From the NCBI GenBank assembly GCA_964637135.1, contig CAZWTX010000010.1, positions 1 to 64,000 of the forward strand: a DNA stretch of 64,000 nucleotides, in the 5' to 3' direction. Positions 50,758 through 61,510 of the stretch are shown piece after piece (within the stretch, counting starts at the first letter, position 1; each line of letters opens with the position of its first letter). The stretch comes from an uncultured Methanospirillum sp. (GTDB lineage Archaea; Halobacteriota; Methanomicrobia; Methanomicrobiales; Methanospirillaceae). The position numbers were made by a program, and so were the translations under genes. The notes under the pieces were generated by a model, which saw nothing but the letters and a program-made list of their open reading frames with translations, searched no databases and had not been told where the DNA came from.

Positions 50758-51939
50758 CTAGAAATCGGTCATAATACGGAACTGATCGATTTCTTCCTTG
50801 TTGAGCTGTTCGAGGAACTCCTCTGCGGCATGTCTGACATCCTTACTTGCCGTGATTGCTCTCCCGACCACGAGGATATCAGCACCTGAAGCGAGGGCAT
50901 CTTTAACGACCGGGACACGGATACCGCCGGCTGTTGCCACCAGGAGTTTTCCGCCGGCAGCTTTTTTGATGGCTGAGATGTTCCCCCATGCATGGGCAGT
51001 ACTCTCGGCATCGATAGCCCGGTGTAGTTCGACGATGTGGGGTTTAACCTTCAGGCTCTTGATCAGGCCGACCGGATCAGAGACATTGAGCATATCGATG
51101 ACGGCATAGATACCGGTCTTGCGGGCCTCGGTGATCGCCTTCTCGATCGTAGAGATTGGGGCAAGTCCTGACATGACAACGGCATCGGCAGATGCATCAG
51201 AGGCCATACGTGCCTCGAGATTGCCGGTGTCCAGAATTTTCATGTCTGCAACGATGAATGCATTCGGTTTGACACTTCTGATCTCGGAGAGGACATTCAG
51301 CCCGAATTTCTTGATCAGCGGGGTTCCTGCCTCGATGATCAGATGATCATTCTCCGGGAGAGCGTTCAGAACGGCCTTGAGCTTGCCCATGTCAACGATA
51401 TCGAGGGCAACCTGCAGATATGGCGGATCCCACAACCGTTGAACCTTGAATCCCATGACTGCGTGAGCAGCACGGTCTTTCTCATTGATCAGGGTCTTTT
51501 CATCGGGGAAGTTTTCGAATGCACGGCTGATGGCAAGCCGGGTTGCACCATAGTTATACCGGTAGATCCTGTTGTAATCTGATGCATCCGGGTGGAGAAA
51601 GGCACTTGCAAGGATACAGATATCGTCCAGTTTCTTGCCGGCAAATACGCCGTCTTCAACAGAGTCTGCAACTGCCTTTGAGATCGCTGCCTGGACAGGT
51701 CCGAAAATCTGGTTGACCTGCCGCTCATTCTTCAGGGTCACCTTTGGAATAACCAGCGTTGCAGGTTTCGTAAGCAGATTCGGCCGGACTACTGCAAGAA
51801 GAGGAGTGTGACCGGCAGAGAGTTGGGAGAAGGCATTTGCAAAAGCCGTCCCGACCGGTCCGTTTTTATCCCCGACGATGAGGTCAATATGTGCCAGTTC
51901 TGCACCATCACCAATCAGGGCTTCGCCAATGAGATACAT
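50758..51939 (-). CDS. fae-hps: Bifunctional formaldehyde-activating enzyme / 3-hexulose-6-phosphate synthase
   Basis: GEALIGDG.E.AHIDL, GHTPLLAVVRPNL (Fae); LQVALD, IIEAGTPLIK, ADMKILDTG, VVGRAIT (Hps). Confidence 0.96.
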   Translation of the reverse strand: MYLIGEALIGDGAELAHIDLIVGDKNGPVGTAFANAFSQLSAGHTPLLAVVRPNLLTKPATLVIPKVTLKNERQVNQIFGPVQAAISKAVADSVEDGVFAGKKLDDICILASAFLHPDASDYNRIYRYNYGATRLAISRAFENFPDEKTLINEKDRAAHAVMGFKVQRLWDPPYLQVALDIVDMGKLKAVLNALPENDHLIIEAGTPLIKKFGLNVLSEIRSVKPNAFIVADMKILDTGNLEARMASDASADAVVMSGLAPISTIEKAITEARKTGIYAVIDMLNVSDPVGLIKSLKVKPHIVELHRAIDAESTAHAWGNISAIKKAAGGKLLVATAGGIRVPVVKDALASGADILVVGRAITASKDVRHAAEEFLEQLNKEEIDQFRIMTDF

Positions 51940-52206
51940 GCTGTCTTCCCGTATATTTCAACGGGAGGACTATATAGTCAGCTCTCCACCGGGAAGGAGG
52001 ATCTCACCGGGAGTGGGGAGATCAGGCATCTTGCACCAGCCGGATACCGACAACCGGGTAGGGATCCGGACCTCATGAGAGGATAGAATCTCCAAACCAT
52101 GCGATCCACTCCCTTTTCAAAGATATTCATCACGAATATCCATGCAAATTCAAATCCGGATTATGCCGGGACTATTCACCGATCAGATCACATAACCAGA
52201 ATATCT

Positions 52207-52832
52207 TCACTCATTCAGGGATTCTGCAAGAGAATAATAATGATCTGCGTTACGGGTGGTATAGAGTTGGTACCAGGCCTCGAGGGTGTTTTCCCTCATT
52301 ACTCCGAGTTTTTTCAGAACCTGGAATGCAAATTCTACCGGGGCTATTCCGCTCGCAGTAACCAGGTTTCCATCCAGGACTGCAGGTTCATCAACATAAT
52401 ATGATACACCCGCATATCCTGGACAATACTGCCTCAACACCTGGAGATCGTTACTGGTATGCCGCCTGGAATTCAGCATACCGGCATCTGCCATCGCCAT
52501 CGTTGCCCCGCATATCGCTCCGACCATGACTCCGCCATAAAGAAATCTGTTGATAACCGGCATTATCTCCTTCTGTGCCGGTTGCAGCCAGGTGTCTGCC
52601 CCGGGAAGGATCAGGAGATCCCCTTTGCCCGGACTGATGGCAGTGATCTCCTGTTCCGGTACCAGACGAAAACGCCCATGGAAAAGACAGGATCACGGGT
52701 CTTCCCACAGAGAACAAGCGTGAACCGGATATTCCGGTCATGAAAAAACCGGCCAGATACAAGCTCGGCAAGAAGAAATGACGGCTCCCAGTCTGCCATC
52801 GTCTCAAGGACATACAGATAAACGGTAGGCAT
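52207..52832 (-). pseudogene. Frameshifted DJ-1/PfpI (type 1 glutamine amidotransferase-like) gene
   Basis: MADWE..SMG in one frame; FRLVPEQ..LLILPGADTW..VGAICGAT..HTSN..LVTASG in another; one base missing near 52672. Confidence 0.85.
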
Positions 52833-53111
52833 TTTTATTATGGTTAGTGATCACGGAGGATAACTCCACCGAAAGGACCGGTACAGACTCATCGGAATTC
52901 CCGGAGTTCATACCGATAGGGAGCATACCCCCCCAAACACCGGAAACCACCACGAATTGGGTTCAGGGAGGTATATATCAGTTACACGACGGGGATAATC
53001 AGCATTTCCCCACGATTCCCGTATAGGTTCCCACACCTGAACTGAACCAGACGGTATCCTGACCAGGACACAAAGAGAGCTTCTGCTCAATAAGCAGATC
53101 TACAAAAGATG

Positions 53112-53269
53112 TGGGGTTGGTGAGATTTGAACTCACGATCGACGGGTCTCTCCGATATGCATCAGTGCTCCAACGGATCATCATGAATCAGAAGACCCGG
53201 TTGTCATCATCTGCACGGATTGCAAAGACCGCTGGAGCCCGTCGCCATGCCGGGCTAGGCCACAACCCC
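53112..53269 (-). tRNA. trnW: tRNA-Trp(CCA) with an 84-nt intron at 37/38 (53148-53231)
   Basis: Acceptor stem GGGGTTG/CAACCCC, anticodon arm ACGGG-CTCCAG^..^A-CCCGT, T arm GTGAG-TTCAAAT-CTCAC, BHB central helix CTCC/GGAG. Confidence 0.95.
53162..53210 (-). ncRNA. Intron-encoded box C/D guide RNA
   Basis: C ATGATGA (53204-10), D' CTGA (53188-91), C' ATGATGA (53178-84), D CTGA (53162-65); guides complementary to the tRNA anticodon arm. Confidence 0.92.
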
Positions 53270-53467
53270 GTTTGTGCTCGTATATGTAGGAAGAGGAATC
53301 ATTTAAGGGTTATCCTTCGGAAAAGAACCGTCAATTCAGACCTTCTGCCGGCAACCGGGACAGCATGATGTCTGATATAACCTGGTGCACCAGAAGGCAG
53401 GCGTCTGTTGCATCATAATGTCCTGCAGAATTAACTATTATCTCTTCATGATGGCTACCTGTAGGCA

Positions 53468-55183
53468 ATGGACGATCGAAAGCCACCGGAACTGAGCTAT
53501 GCCTGCGGGACGTCTTCAGTTCCTCTTCTCGGAAACACCATCGGCGATTACCTCGAATACATCACCTCGGAATACCCGGATAACGAAGCCCTCGTCGCTC
53601 CTTTTCAAAACTTCAGAATGACCTACCGGGAGTTCCTGGCGGAGGTAAACCGGGTCGGAAGGGGCCTGATGGCACTTGGGATCAATAAAGGTGACCGCGT
53701 GGGTATCTGGGCGATGAATTATGCCGAGTGGATCCTTGTCCAGTTTGCCACGGCAAAGATCGGGGCGATCATGGTCAATATCAACCCGTCATACCGGTCG
53801 TTTGAACTGGAGTACTGCCTGAAACAGTCAGAGATCAAACTGCTCATTCTCCAGGGGAGGTTTAAAACCTCAGACTACGTGGGTATGTTCTACGAAGCAT
53901 GCCCTGAGGCATACGAGTCCCGACCTGGCCACATTCTTTCGGAGAAGTTCCCGTTCCTGAAGACGGTTGTCTTCATGGGTGATATCCCGTACAACGGGAT
54001 GTACTCGTGGGAGGATATGATAAAACGATCAGAGCAGATAAGCCCGGAAGAACTGAAAGAACGGGAAGAATCACTCACCTTCGATGATCCTATCAACATT
54101 CAGTATACCTCGGGAACAACCGGGTACCCGAAAGGAGTCGTCCTGACCCACCATAATGTTCTTAATAACGGATACATCATCGGGGAAGGAATGAACTTTA
54201 CCGAGAAAGACCGGCTCTGTATCCCGGTTCCCTTTTACCACTGCTTCGGTATGGTACTCTCAAACCTCGCCAGTATGACCCATGGTTCCACGATGGTCAT
54301 CCCGGCCCCTGCCTTTGATCCCGAGATCGTCCTCCAGACGATCGAAGCAGAGCGATGTACAGCTGTGCACGGGGTGCCGACAATGTTCATCGCCGAATTG
54401 CGGCACCCGAATTTTTCAAAGTACGACATCAGATCACTCCGGACCGGGATCATGGCTGGATCTCCCTGCCCGATAGAATCAATGAAAGAAGTTGCCTCAA
54501 AAATGCACATGTCAGAAGTTGTCATCGTGTACGGACAGACCGAACTCTCCCCGGGAGTCACCATGACCACGACAAAGGATCCCCTGGAGAAACGGGTTAC
54601 CAGCGTCGGCAGAGTCTTCCCTCATACCGAACTGAAGATCATTGATGCGGAAACGAAGAAGACCCTCCCCAAGGGAGAGATCGGTGAGATTTGTGCCCGT
54701 GGATACATGACGATGCGGTGCTACTACAATAACCCGACCGCAACCCGGCAGACAAAGGATGAGAACGGATGGATCCATACCGGCGACCTCGGGTCGTTCG
54801 ATCCCGAGGGATATGTCCATATCGAGGGACGCCTCAAGGACATGGTCATCAGGGGCGGCGAAAACATCTATCCACGTGAAATTGAGGAATTCCTGCATCA
54901 GCACCCGAAGATAGCAGATGTGTATGTGATCGGAGTTCCGGATGAGAAGTACGGAGAGGAACTGATGGCCTGGATCAAACTTGAAGAAGGACAGGCACTC
55001 ACTGAAGATGAGGTAAAAGAGTATTGTGACGGGAAGATCGCCCGGTACAAGATCCCCCGGTACTATACGTTCGTGGATGGTTTCCCGATAACGGTCAGCG
55101 GGAAGATCCAGAAGTTCAAAATGCGGGAAATGGCCATCGAGATGCTCGGCCTCGAAGAAGTAGCCCGGATCCAGACAGCCTGA
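53468..55183 (+). CDS. AMP-dependent acyl-CoA synthetase
   Basis: QYTSGTTGYPKG, YGQTE, TGDLG, GRLKDMVIRGGENIYP, SGKIQKF. Confidence 0.93.
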   Translation: MDDRKPPELSYACGTSSVPLLGNTIGDYLEYITSEYPDNEALVAPFQNFRMTYREFLAEVNRVGRGLMALGINKGDRVGIWAMNYAEWILVQFATAKIGAIMVNINPSYRSFELEYCLKQSEIKLLILQGRFKTSDYVGMFYEACPEAYESRPGHILSEKFPFLKTVVFMGDIPYNGMYSWEDMIKRSEQISPEELKEREESLTFDDPINIQYTSGTTGYPKGVVLTHHNVLNNGYIIGEGMNFTEKDRLCIPVPFYHCFGMVLSNLASMTHGSTMVIPAPAFDPEIVLQTIEAERCTAVHGVPTMFIAELRHPNFSKYDIRSLRTGIMAGSPCPIESMKEVASKMHMSEVVIVYGQTELSPGVTMTTTKDPLEKRVTSVGRVFPHTELKIIDAETKKTLPKGEIGEICARGYMTMRCYYNNPTATRQTKDENGWIHTGDLGSFDPEGYVHIEGRLKDMVIRGGENIYPREIEEFLHQHPKIADVYVIGVPDEKYGEELMAWIKLEEGQALTEDEVKEYCDGKIARYKIPRYYTFVDGFPITVSGKIQKFKMREMAIEMLGLEEVARIQTA

Positions 55184-55192
55184 CCGAAAAGA

Positions 55193-55855
55193 TCACAGCC
55201 ACTTTTTTTCAGCCCAGTACGCGTAGGTAGCCGGCCAGTCATCTCTCCTGAACTGAACCAGCTGGCGCATCCGTGCCATTATTTCCTCGTGAACGGCCTG
55301 TTGATCCGGATATACCGGCCTCGTCACGATAGCATCACCAATCTCAATACCAACCTGGTACGCATGCTGATATGCCTTTTTTATCGCCTCTTCTCCGTCA
55401 GCTCCATTATAGGCGGCAGTTCCGAGGATATCTGCCCCCATTTTCTGGAGAATCCGTACAATGTACCCGGCAACATCTTCTGCCTGGGAGCCCCCGGCAG
55501 TACACACCGCTGCCGCATATTTTCCTGAAAAGCGCTGACAATGAATGGTATCCCCCATCCGGTCATAGAGGGCCTTAAGCCGGGCGGTTACGTTATCGAT
55601 ATAATTCGGACTTGCCAGTATGATCGCATCTGCGGCAAGCATCTGGTCATATACCTCAGTGAACTGATCGTCAAGAACACAGGATCCGGTACGGTAACAG
55701 GTCTCGCACCCGGTGCACATGCGGATATCATACTCCCGAAGTTCAAGCTGCCTGGTCTCGCACCCGCTGTCGGCAGCCCCCTGAAGAAGGGTTGCGAGCA
55801 ATTTTCCGGTTTCACTCTTCTTGCGCGGACTGGTATTGATTCCAAGAACCTGCAT
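55193..55855 (-). CDS. Iron-sulfur flavoprotein / flavodoxin family
   Basis: INTSPR, CTGCETCYRTGSC (CX2CX2CX5C), ADAIILASPNY. Confidence 0.9.
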   Translation of the reverse strand: MQVLGINTSPRKKSETGKLLATLLQGAADSGCETRQLELREYDIRMCTGCETCYRTGSCVLDDQFTEVYDQMLAADAIILASPNYIDNVTARLKALYDRMGDTIHCQRFSGKYAAAVCTAGGSQAEDVAGYIVRILQKMGADILGTAAYNGADGEEAIKKAYQHAYQVGIEIGDAIVTRPVYPDQQAVHEEIMARMRQLVQFRRDDWPATYAYWAEKKWL

Positions 55856-55942
55856 TGGATAGAATCGGTCAGCACCTATAAAAACACAATGATGCACGTG
55901 TATCCTTACCGGGGATGTATGAGAAAAAAGAGAAAAATCAGG

Positions 55943-56626
55943 TTATTTGTCGTTCATCTTCTCAAGCAGGCAGTCCATGAGTTCATTACTCCGGTCCCTG
56001 AGGCCGAAACCGACGAGGATTGCAATCGCTGCTCCGATGCCCAGACCGACACCCCAGGCCACTGGTACGATGAAGGCGTAGATGATGTCCAGTTGGATCT
56101 TCAACTGGGTCAGGGCGAGCATGATCACGATGAAATAGAGGAATACCCGCAGAAACATGGTAACCGGCAGAAGGAGATTTATCCCTGCGGTTTCACCCAT
56201 TGCACCGACCATATCCATGAAATAGTCGACCAGGATCAGTCCGATAACCAGTATCAGGACAAATGCAATGATATTCGGGATAAACGCCAGGATACCTGCA
56301 ATGAGGGTCTGGAGCGACTCAATCTGGAGGGTATCTGCCGCTGCCATCACGGCAAAGAGGTATACAACGATCCGGATCAGCCAGTCCACTGCATCAGAGA
56401 GTGAACACCCGGAATGAAGAATGGTCATTCCCACCCGGGTTTTCCCCAGGGATTCAGAAGTCCCAGTTTTTTCAAAGAAAAGGGCCGCGATACGCCCAAG
56501 AATCCGTCCGACTATCCAGCCGATGATCAGGATGATGATCGCTGCGATTACAAAGGGTAGGATCTCCATCGTGGCATTGACCATTCCCATCACCGGGGTT
56601 ATCACCATCGTACCGATGTCTGTCAT
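55943..56626 (-). CDS. TM-helix repeat membrane protein (MscS N-terminal-like)
   Basis: Two LP..IAA.IIL.IG repeats, LTQL.I, AIAILVGFG.RD. Confidence 0.75.
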   Translation of the reverse strand: MTDIGTMVITPVMGMVNATMEILPFVIAAIIILIIGWIVGRILGRIAALFFEKTGTSESLGKTRVGMTILHSGCSLSDAVDWLIRIVVYLFAVMAAADTLQIESLQTLIAGILAFIPNIIAFVLILVIGLILVDYFMDMVGAMGETAGINLLLPVTMFLRVFLYFIVIMLALTQLKIQLDIIYAFIVPVAWGVGLGIGAAIAILVGFGLRDRSNELMDCLLEKMNDK

Positions 56627-56824
56627 GGATCTCACTGTAACGAAATAGACTCCCTATATAATAAGACATTGCATAATTACCCCCAATTACCCTGCGTTAT
56701 CTGATAACACGGAATCATCGTCATCACCAGTGCCGTGTTACAGTATGACAATGGTTATCAGAACCCGGGCGCAAATCATACAAACTCATTGCAGAATACC
56801 GGTGATGAGACAGGTGCCTGCCCT

Positions 56825-58117
56825 ATGTTCTGGGACAAACCAATGGAAACCATATCACCGCATGATCTCAGGGATCTTCAGCTGAAACGGCTGAAGGAAA
56901 CGGTCAGCCGGTGTCAGTCCATTCCGTATTACAGGAATGTTTTCAAGCAAGCCGGGATTACTCCCGATGATATCAGAACTCTCGATGATCTCACGAAGAT
57001 CCCGTTTACCCGCAAGGTCAACCTTCGTGAAGGTTACCCGTTCGGGTTTTTTGCCGTCCCGATGAAAGAGGTCATCCGGATACATACGACATCCGGGACA
57101 ACCGGAAAACCGACGGTCGTCGGGTATACCCGGGGGGATATCGAGAACTGGTCTTCGCTCATCGCACGCAACCTGACAATGATCGGTCTTTCGAGCGAGG
57201 ATATCTTCCAGAACATGGTCAATTACGGGATGTTCACCGGGGGACTCGGTTTTCACTACGGGGCCGAAAAAGCCGGCCTGACCGCGATACCAAGTGCAAC
57301 CGGGAATACGAAACGGCAGCTTGAGATGATCCAGGATTTCGGGGTCACCGCAATCCACTGTACTCCCAGTTATGCCCTTCATCTTGCCGAAGTCGCCACC
57401 GAAATGAACGTGGATCTCTCCCGGCTGAAGACCGGAATTTTCGGGGCAGAACCCTGGTCTGAAAAGATGCGGGAGGAACTTGAATCAAAACTCGGGGTGG
57501 AAGCCTTTGACAGTTACGGGATGAGTGAACTCTATGGTCCTGGTGTTGCATTTGAATGCCAGGAACACAACGGGCTCCACATCTGGCATGACTCTTACCT
57601 GGTCGAGATCATCGATCCGGTCACCGGAGAACAGCTCGGTCCGAACGAACGCGGTGAACTGGTAATCACCCCGCTCGTCAAGGAAGCCATGCCACTGGTC
57701 AGGTACCGCACCGGGGATATCACCATGTTCCTTGATGATGACTGTCCGTGTGGGAGGGGAACAAGGATTGCCCGGTTTACCGGCCGGAGTGACGATATGC
57801 TCGTCATCAGAGGAATCAACGTCTTCCCAAGCCAGATCGAGCATGTTCTTCTCGGAATAGAGGAGGTCGGCAACCATTACATGGTTTATGTAGACCGGAT
57901 CAACCATATGGATGAGATGACCATCGATGTGGAGGTTGCACCCGGATCCTTCCGTGGTGAACTTGCTGATCTGAAAAGCCTGCAGAACAAGGTTGTCAAG
58001 GCGCTCAGGGATGTACTCGAACTGCGGACCAGTGTGAAACTTGTGGAGCCGGGAACCCTTCCCCGGTTTGAAGGAAAGGCAAAACGGGTTATTGATCGGC
58101 GGGGTGACCTGATATGA
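56825..58117 (+). CDS. paaK: Phenylacetate-CoA ligase family protein
   Basis: HTTSGTTGKPTVVGYT, FTGGLGFHYG, GAEPWS, YGMSE, RYRTGD, GRSDDML.IRGINVFPSQ. Confidence 0.9.
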   Translation: MFWDKPMETISPHDLRDLQLKRLKETVSRCQSIPYYRNVFKQAGITPDDIRTLDDLTKIPFTRKVNLREGYPFGFFAVPMKEVIRIHTTSGTTGKPTVVGYTRGDIENWSSLIARNLTMIGLSSEDIFQNMVNYGMFTGGLGFHYGAEKAGLTAIPSATGNTKRQLEMIQDFGVTAIHCTPSYALHLAEVATEMNVDLSRLKTGIFGAEPWSEKMREELESKLGVEAFDSYGMSELYGPGVAFECQEHNGLHIWHDSYLVEIIDPVTGEQLGPNERGELVITPLVKEAMPLVRYRTGDITMFLDDDCPCGRGTRIARFTGRSDDMLVIRGINVFPSQIEHVLLGIEEVGNHYMVYVDRINHMDEMTIDVEVAPGSFRGELADLKSLQNKVVKALRDVLELRTSVKLVEPGTLPRFEGKAKRVIDRRGDLI

Positions 58118-59415
58118 GATGTTGGGAACCCCGTATCGAGGAAATGCCACCCGGGGATCTCAGGCGGCTTCAGTTCAAACTCCTCAAGACACTTATCGGG
58201 AAGGTCTACAGTTTCTCTTCTTTTTACCATGACCGGATGAAAGAGGCCGGTGTTCATCCTGATGACATCACCTGCCTTGAAGATATTGTCAAACTCCCGT
58301 TCATGCACAAGAAAGACCTCCGGGATACCTACCCTGACGGGTTGATCATGGCTGAACAGGAGGAACTGGTCAGGTACCACGTCTCCTCAGGTACCACCGG
58401 AAAACCGACCGTTGTCGGGTATACCAAACGGGATATCGAGCTCTGGAGCGAGTCCCTTGCCCGGGGACTCACCTCTGCCGGGATAGGGCGGGGTGATGTG
58501 ATGCAGATCTCATACGGGTACGGATTGTTCACCGGCGGGCTTGGTCTTCACTACGGGGCAGAACGGGTTGGAGCCACCGTTGTGCCGACATCGGTCGGAA
58601 ACACCGAGCGGCAGATCGAACTGATGCAGGATCTCAGGGTAACTGCAATCGCCTGTACCCCCTCATATCTCATGCATATGGGTGAGGTTGCCGGGAAGAT
58701 GGGAATCTCGATCAAGGATGACACCCTCCTGCGAAAAGCAATCGTCGGGGCTGAACCCTGGAGCGAGCAGATGCGGATCCGGATCAAGGAATGGCTCGGG
58801 GTAGATGCCTACGATGTATATGGAACAAGTGAATTATCAGGGCCTCTCTTCATCGAATGCGTCGAACAACAGGGTTTTCACATGTGGAGCGATCTCGTCT
58901 ACCCTGAAATACTTGATCCTGAAATCGATCGGCCGCTTCCTCCTGGAGAGAAAGGAGAACTGGTCGTGACCATGCTTCAGAAGGAAGGACTGCCGATCAT
59001 CCGTTACCGGACCGGGGATATCACCTCGATCCGGCCGGAACCCTGTTCCTGTGGACGGACCCATCCCTGCATTGAACGGCTTTCAGGCAGGGTTGATGAC
59101 ATGCTCATCATCAGGGGGATCAATGTCTTCCCATCGCAGGTAGAACATGCCCTGCTCGGAATCGAAGAGGTCGGTGATCACTTCATGATTGAGGTTGACC
59201 GTAAGGGAGCCCTCGACGAAATGCTGGTCAGGGTGGAACTCCCAAGGGAAGCATTCTCAGACAAGATCACCGATCTCATGAAAATCCGCGGAAGGGTTGA
59301 AAAGATCCTGCGAAACTCCCTGAATGTTGCGGTTGCTGTGGAACTTGCAGAACCGGGAACGCTCCCAAGGTTTGAAGGTAAAGCAAAGCGAGTGATTGAT
59401 AAAAGGAGGCTATAA
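58114..59415 (+). CDS. paaK: Phenylacetate-CoA ligase family protein (second paralogue)
   Basis: HVSSGTTGKPTVVGYT, YGLFTGGLG, GAEPWS, RYRTGD; ATGA overlap with the upstream gene. Confidence 0.9.
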   Translation: MRCWEPRIEEMPPGDLRRLQFKLLKTLIGKVYSFSSFYHDRMKEAGVHPDDITCLEDIVKLPFMHKKDLRDTYPDGLIMAEQEELVRYHVSSGTTGKPTVVGYTKRDIELWSESLARGLTSAGIGRGDVMQISYGYGLFTGGLGLHYGAERVGATVVPTSVGNTERQIELMQDLRVTAIACTPSYLMHMGEVAGKMGISIKDDTLLRKAIVGAEPWSEQMRIRIKEWLGVDAYDVYGTSELSGPLFIECVEQQGFHMWSDLVYPEILDPEIDRPLPPGEKGELVVTMLQKEGLPIIRYRTGDITSIRPEPCSCGRTHPCIERLSGRVDDMLIIRGINVFPSQVEHALLGIEEVGDHFMIEVDRKGALDEMLVRVELPREAFSDKITDLMKIRGRVEKILRNSLNVAVAVELAEPGTLPRFEGKAKRVIDKRRL

Positions 59416-59849
59416 TGACCTGTGAACAGTACATGATCCGTCAGATATCTCTCTTCTCAGAGAACAAACCGGGCCGGCTGGCAGCAATGGCAAAGGCCTG
59501 CCAGGAAGAGGGAGTGAACATCCTTGCGTTCTCTATCGCGGAGGCAGACGGATTCGGTGTCATCCGGGCACTTGTCGATAAACCGGATGCAGCGTACAGG
59601 AAACTGACTGGTCTTGGGTTTAACGTTGCATTCACCCATGTCATTGCCGTTGAGATGAAGGATGAACCCGGGGGGCTCTATGAAATCGCCTCCCGGCTCT
59701 CTGAAGCATCCATCAATATCGAGTATTCGTATGCCTATTCAGGCAAACACGGCGCAGTGTTGATTCTGAGGGTTGACCAGGTCGAGGATGCGATACAACT
59801 CCTCCTCAGGGAGCAGATCCACCTCATAGCGGCAACACAAATCCACTAA
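59415..59849 (+). CDS. ACT domain protein
   Basis: QISLFSENKPGRL, D.PGGL..I...L....INIEY.YA. Confidence 0.9.
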   Translation: MTCEQYMIRQISLFSENKPGRLAAMAKACQEEGVNILAFSIAEADGFGVIRALVDKPDAAYRKLTGLGFNVAFTHVIAVEMKDEPGGLYEIASRLSEASINIEYSYAYSGKHGAVLILRVDQVEDAIQLLLREQIHLIAATQIH

Positions 59850-59948
59850 TCCTTTTTTTCCAGTATAGGGCCTTCACAATTCCCGGTAATCTGACAGGGC
59901 ATACCATACCTATTAGAGACCCACAGACAATGTCCATGCAGGAGATAC

Positions 59949-60491
59949 GTGATGGCAACCCAAGAGAAGCGTGTACTGATCGTGATTGCTCCCCGGGATT
60001 TTCGTGATGAAGAACTCGCCGATCCGATCAAATACCTTGAAAAATACGAAATCGGGTTTGATATCATCTCAACAACCCGTGGACTTGCAGTAGGAATGCT
60101 CGGCGGGAAGGTTCTGGTTGAGCGGACGATCAATGATCTCCTCTCTGACGGAATAGACCCCTACGAAGCCCTCTTCATCGTCGGGGGAAACGGTACCCCG
60201 GAGCATCTCTGGCCGGATACAAACCTCCAGGAACTGGTGAGGATTTTCGGGAAGAAGGGAAAGATCATCAGTGCAATCTGTCTCGCCCCGGCAGTCCTTG
60301 CACGGGCGGGTATCCTGAACGGAAAAACCGCCACGATCTGGAATGATGATACGGCAATTGCTGAACTCAGGAACGGGGGGGCAGTATACAAGCCGGATCC
60401 GATCGTCCTTGACGGACGAATCATCACTGCGAACGGCCCGTCAGCCGCAGCAGGGTTCGGTGAAAAACTTGCCAAGGCAGTGATCGGATAA
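59949..60491 (+). CDS. DJ-1/PfpI family protein
   Basis: FRDEE, IVGGNG, AICLAP..LARAG, IITANGP. Confidence 0.9.
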   Translation: MMATQEKRVLIVIAPRDFRDEELADPIKYLEKYEIGFDIISTTRGLAVGMLGGKVLVERTINDLLSDGIDPYEALFIVGGNGTPEHLWPDTNLQELVRIFGKKGKIISAICLAPAVLARAGILNGKTATIWNDDTAIAELRNGGAVYKPDPIVLDGRIITANGPSAAAGFGEKLAKAVIG

Positions 60492-60582
60492 CCTGTTCGA
60501 CTTCTGCGGGAGTATGAGGGAAGAATACACGTTCACCGGCAGGTAGAAATCCGATGAATGGAAAAAAGAAGGAAGAGGACGA

Positions 60583-61068
60583 TCAGTCCCGGAACGCGAT
60601 GTGTACGTTCATCGAGTCTGAACCAAAGAATTCACGGCAGAAATCTGCAGTCAGTTGCGGAGCATATTCTTTGCATGAAAAGATGTCAATGTAAGCCGCG
60701 TTGGTCTCATTTGCAAAGTGTGCCGAGATAAGAGAGGTCTCGATCAACTGCGTCATGGAATAGCCGGCTACCCGTTCACACGGACCAAAGTGAATGATCT
60801 GCGGTTCGCCATACCGCTTCATCCTGATAAGATCACAGAGCTGAACCACAAACTCACGGATCTTTCCAGCATCACGAATGGTCTTCGGATCACAGTTCTT
60901 CAGGTCAACGCTCATGTACAGTCCCCACGCGTTCCTGGCTGCAAACTCCTCCATAGTCTCCTGATCTGACTTCGGTGGGGTGGTAACGACACCCTCCCGG
61001 GTTGGTGCAAGAATATCAATCATTTTTTCCAAGTCTCCTTTGACATTATCACGTGGAACCATCAGCAT
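60583..61068 (-). CDS. speD: S-adenosylmethionine decarboxylase (pyruvoyl) proenzyme
   Basis: WGL..SVDL..C, GYS..QLIETSLISAHF, AYIDIFSCK. Confidence 0.85.
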   Translation of the reverse strand: MLMVPRDNVKGDLEKMIDILAPTREGVVTTPPKSDQETMEEFAARNAWGLYMSVDLKNCDPKTIRDAGKIREFVVQLCDLIRMKRYGEPQIIHFGPCERVAGYSMTQLIETSLISAHFANETNAAYIDIFSCKEYAPQLTADFCREFFGSDSMNVHIAFRD

Positions 61069-61510
61069 TTAAGGATTGCCCCCCACATCCTCTGCCAAAA
61101 TGAGAAATCGCTTATTTTGACTGATTTTTTTCGATTCGGTCCGTCAGAATCAATTTTTATGATAAATGGGCAATTATGCCATGGATTTGAAAAATTACGG
61201 CCGGAACGAAGACTCGATCTCTCCGTATAATCGAAAGAAGCAATTTCGGCACGTAATTCATTGCAGCGCGGAATTTCAGGGGGTTTTACAGTGAGGGCTT
61301 ACCAAAAATGACTCATGAATCCCCCATTTTGTAAAAATGAGCCTCAAATGTCCTTTTTTTCCACTGGCGAAACCCCGATAATATGACGATTTTTTTCCGC
61401 GCATCAACAATCCCCATCTGAGCGGTACCCTAAGGCACCTTCATGAACACCTCCGGGGGGTGGTGCCGCAGGTGATCGCCCGTATCAGGGGATCAAAACG
61501 GGCACCATGA

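Noticed and set aside
53111..53368. 85-aa ORF starting MGLVRFELT
   Set aside because: Antisense reading of the tRNA-Trp gene.
56825..59849. Tandem paaK-paaK-ACT as a novel system
   Set aside because: A familiar arrangement in methanogens and other anaerobes, linked to aryl-acid activation.
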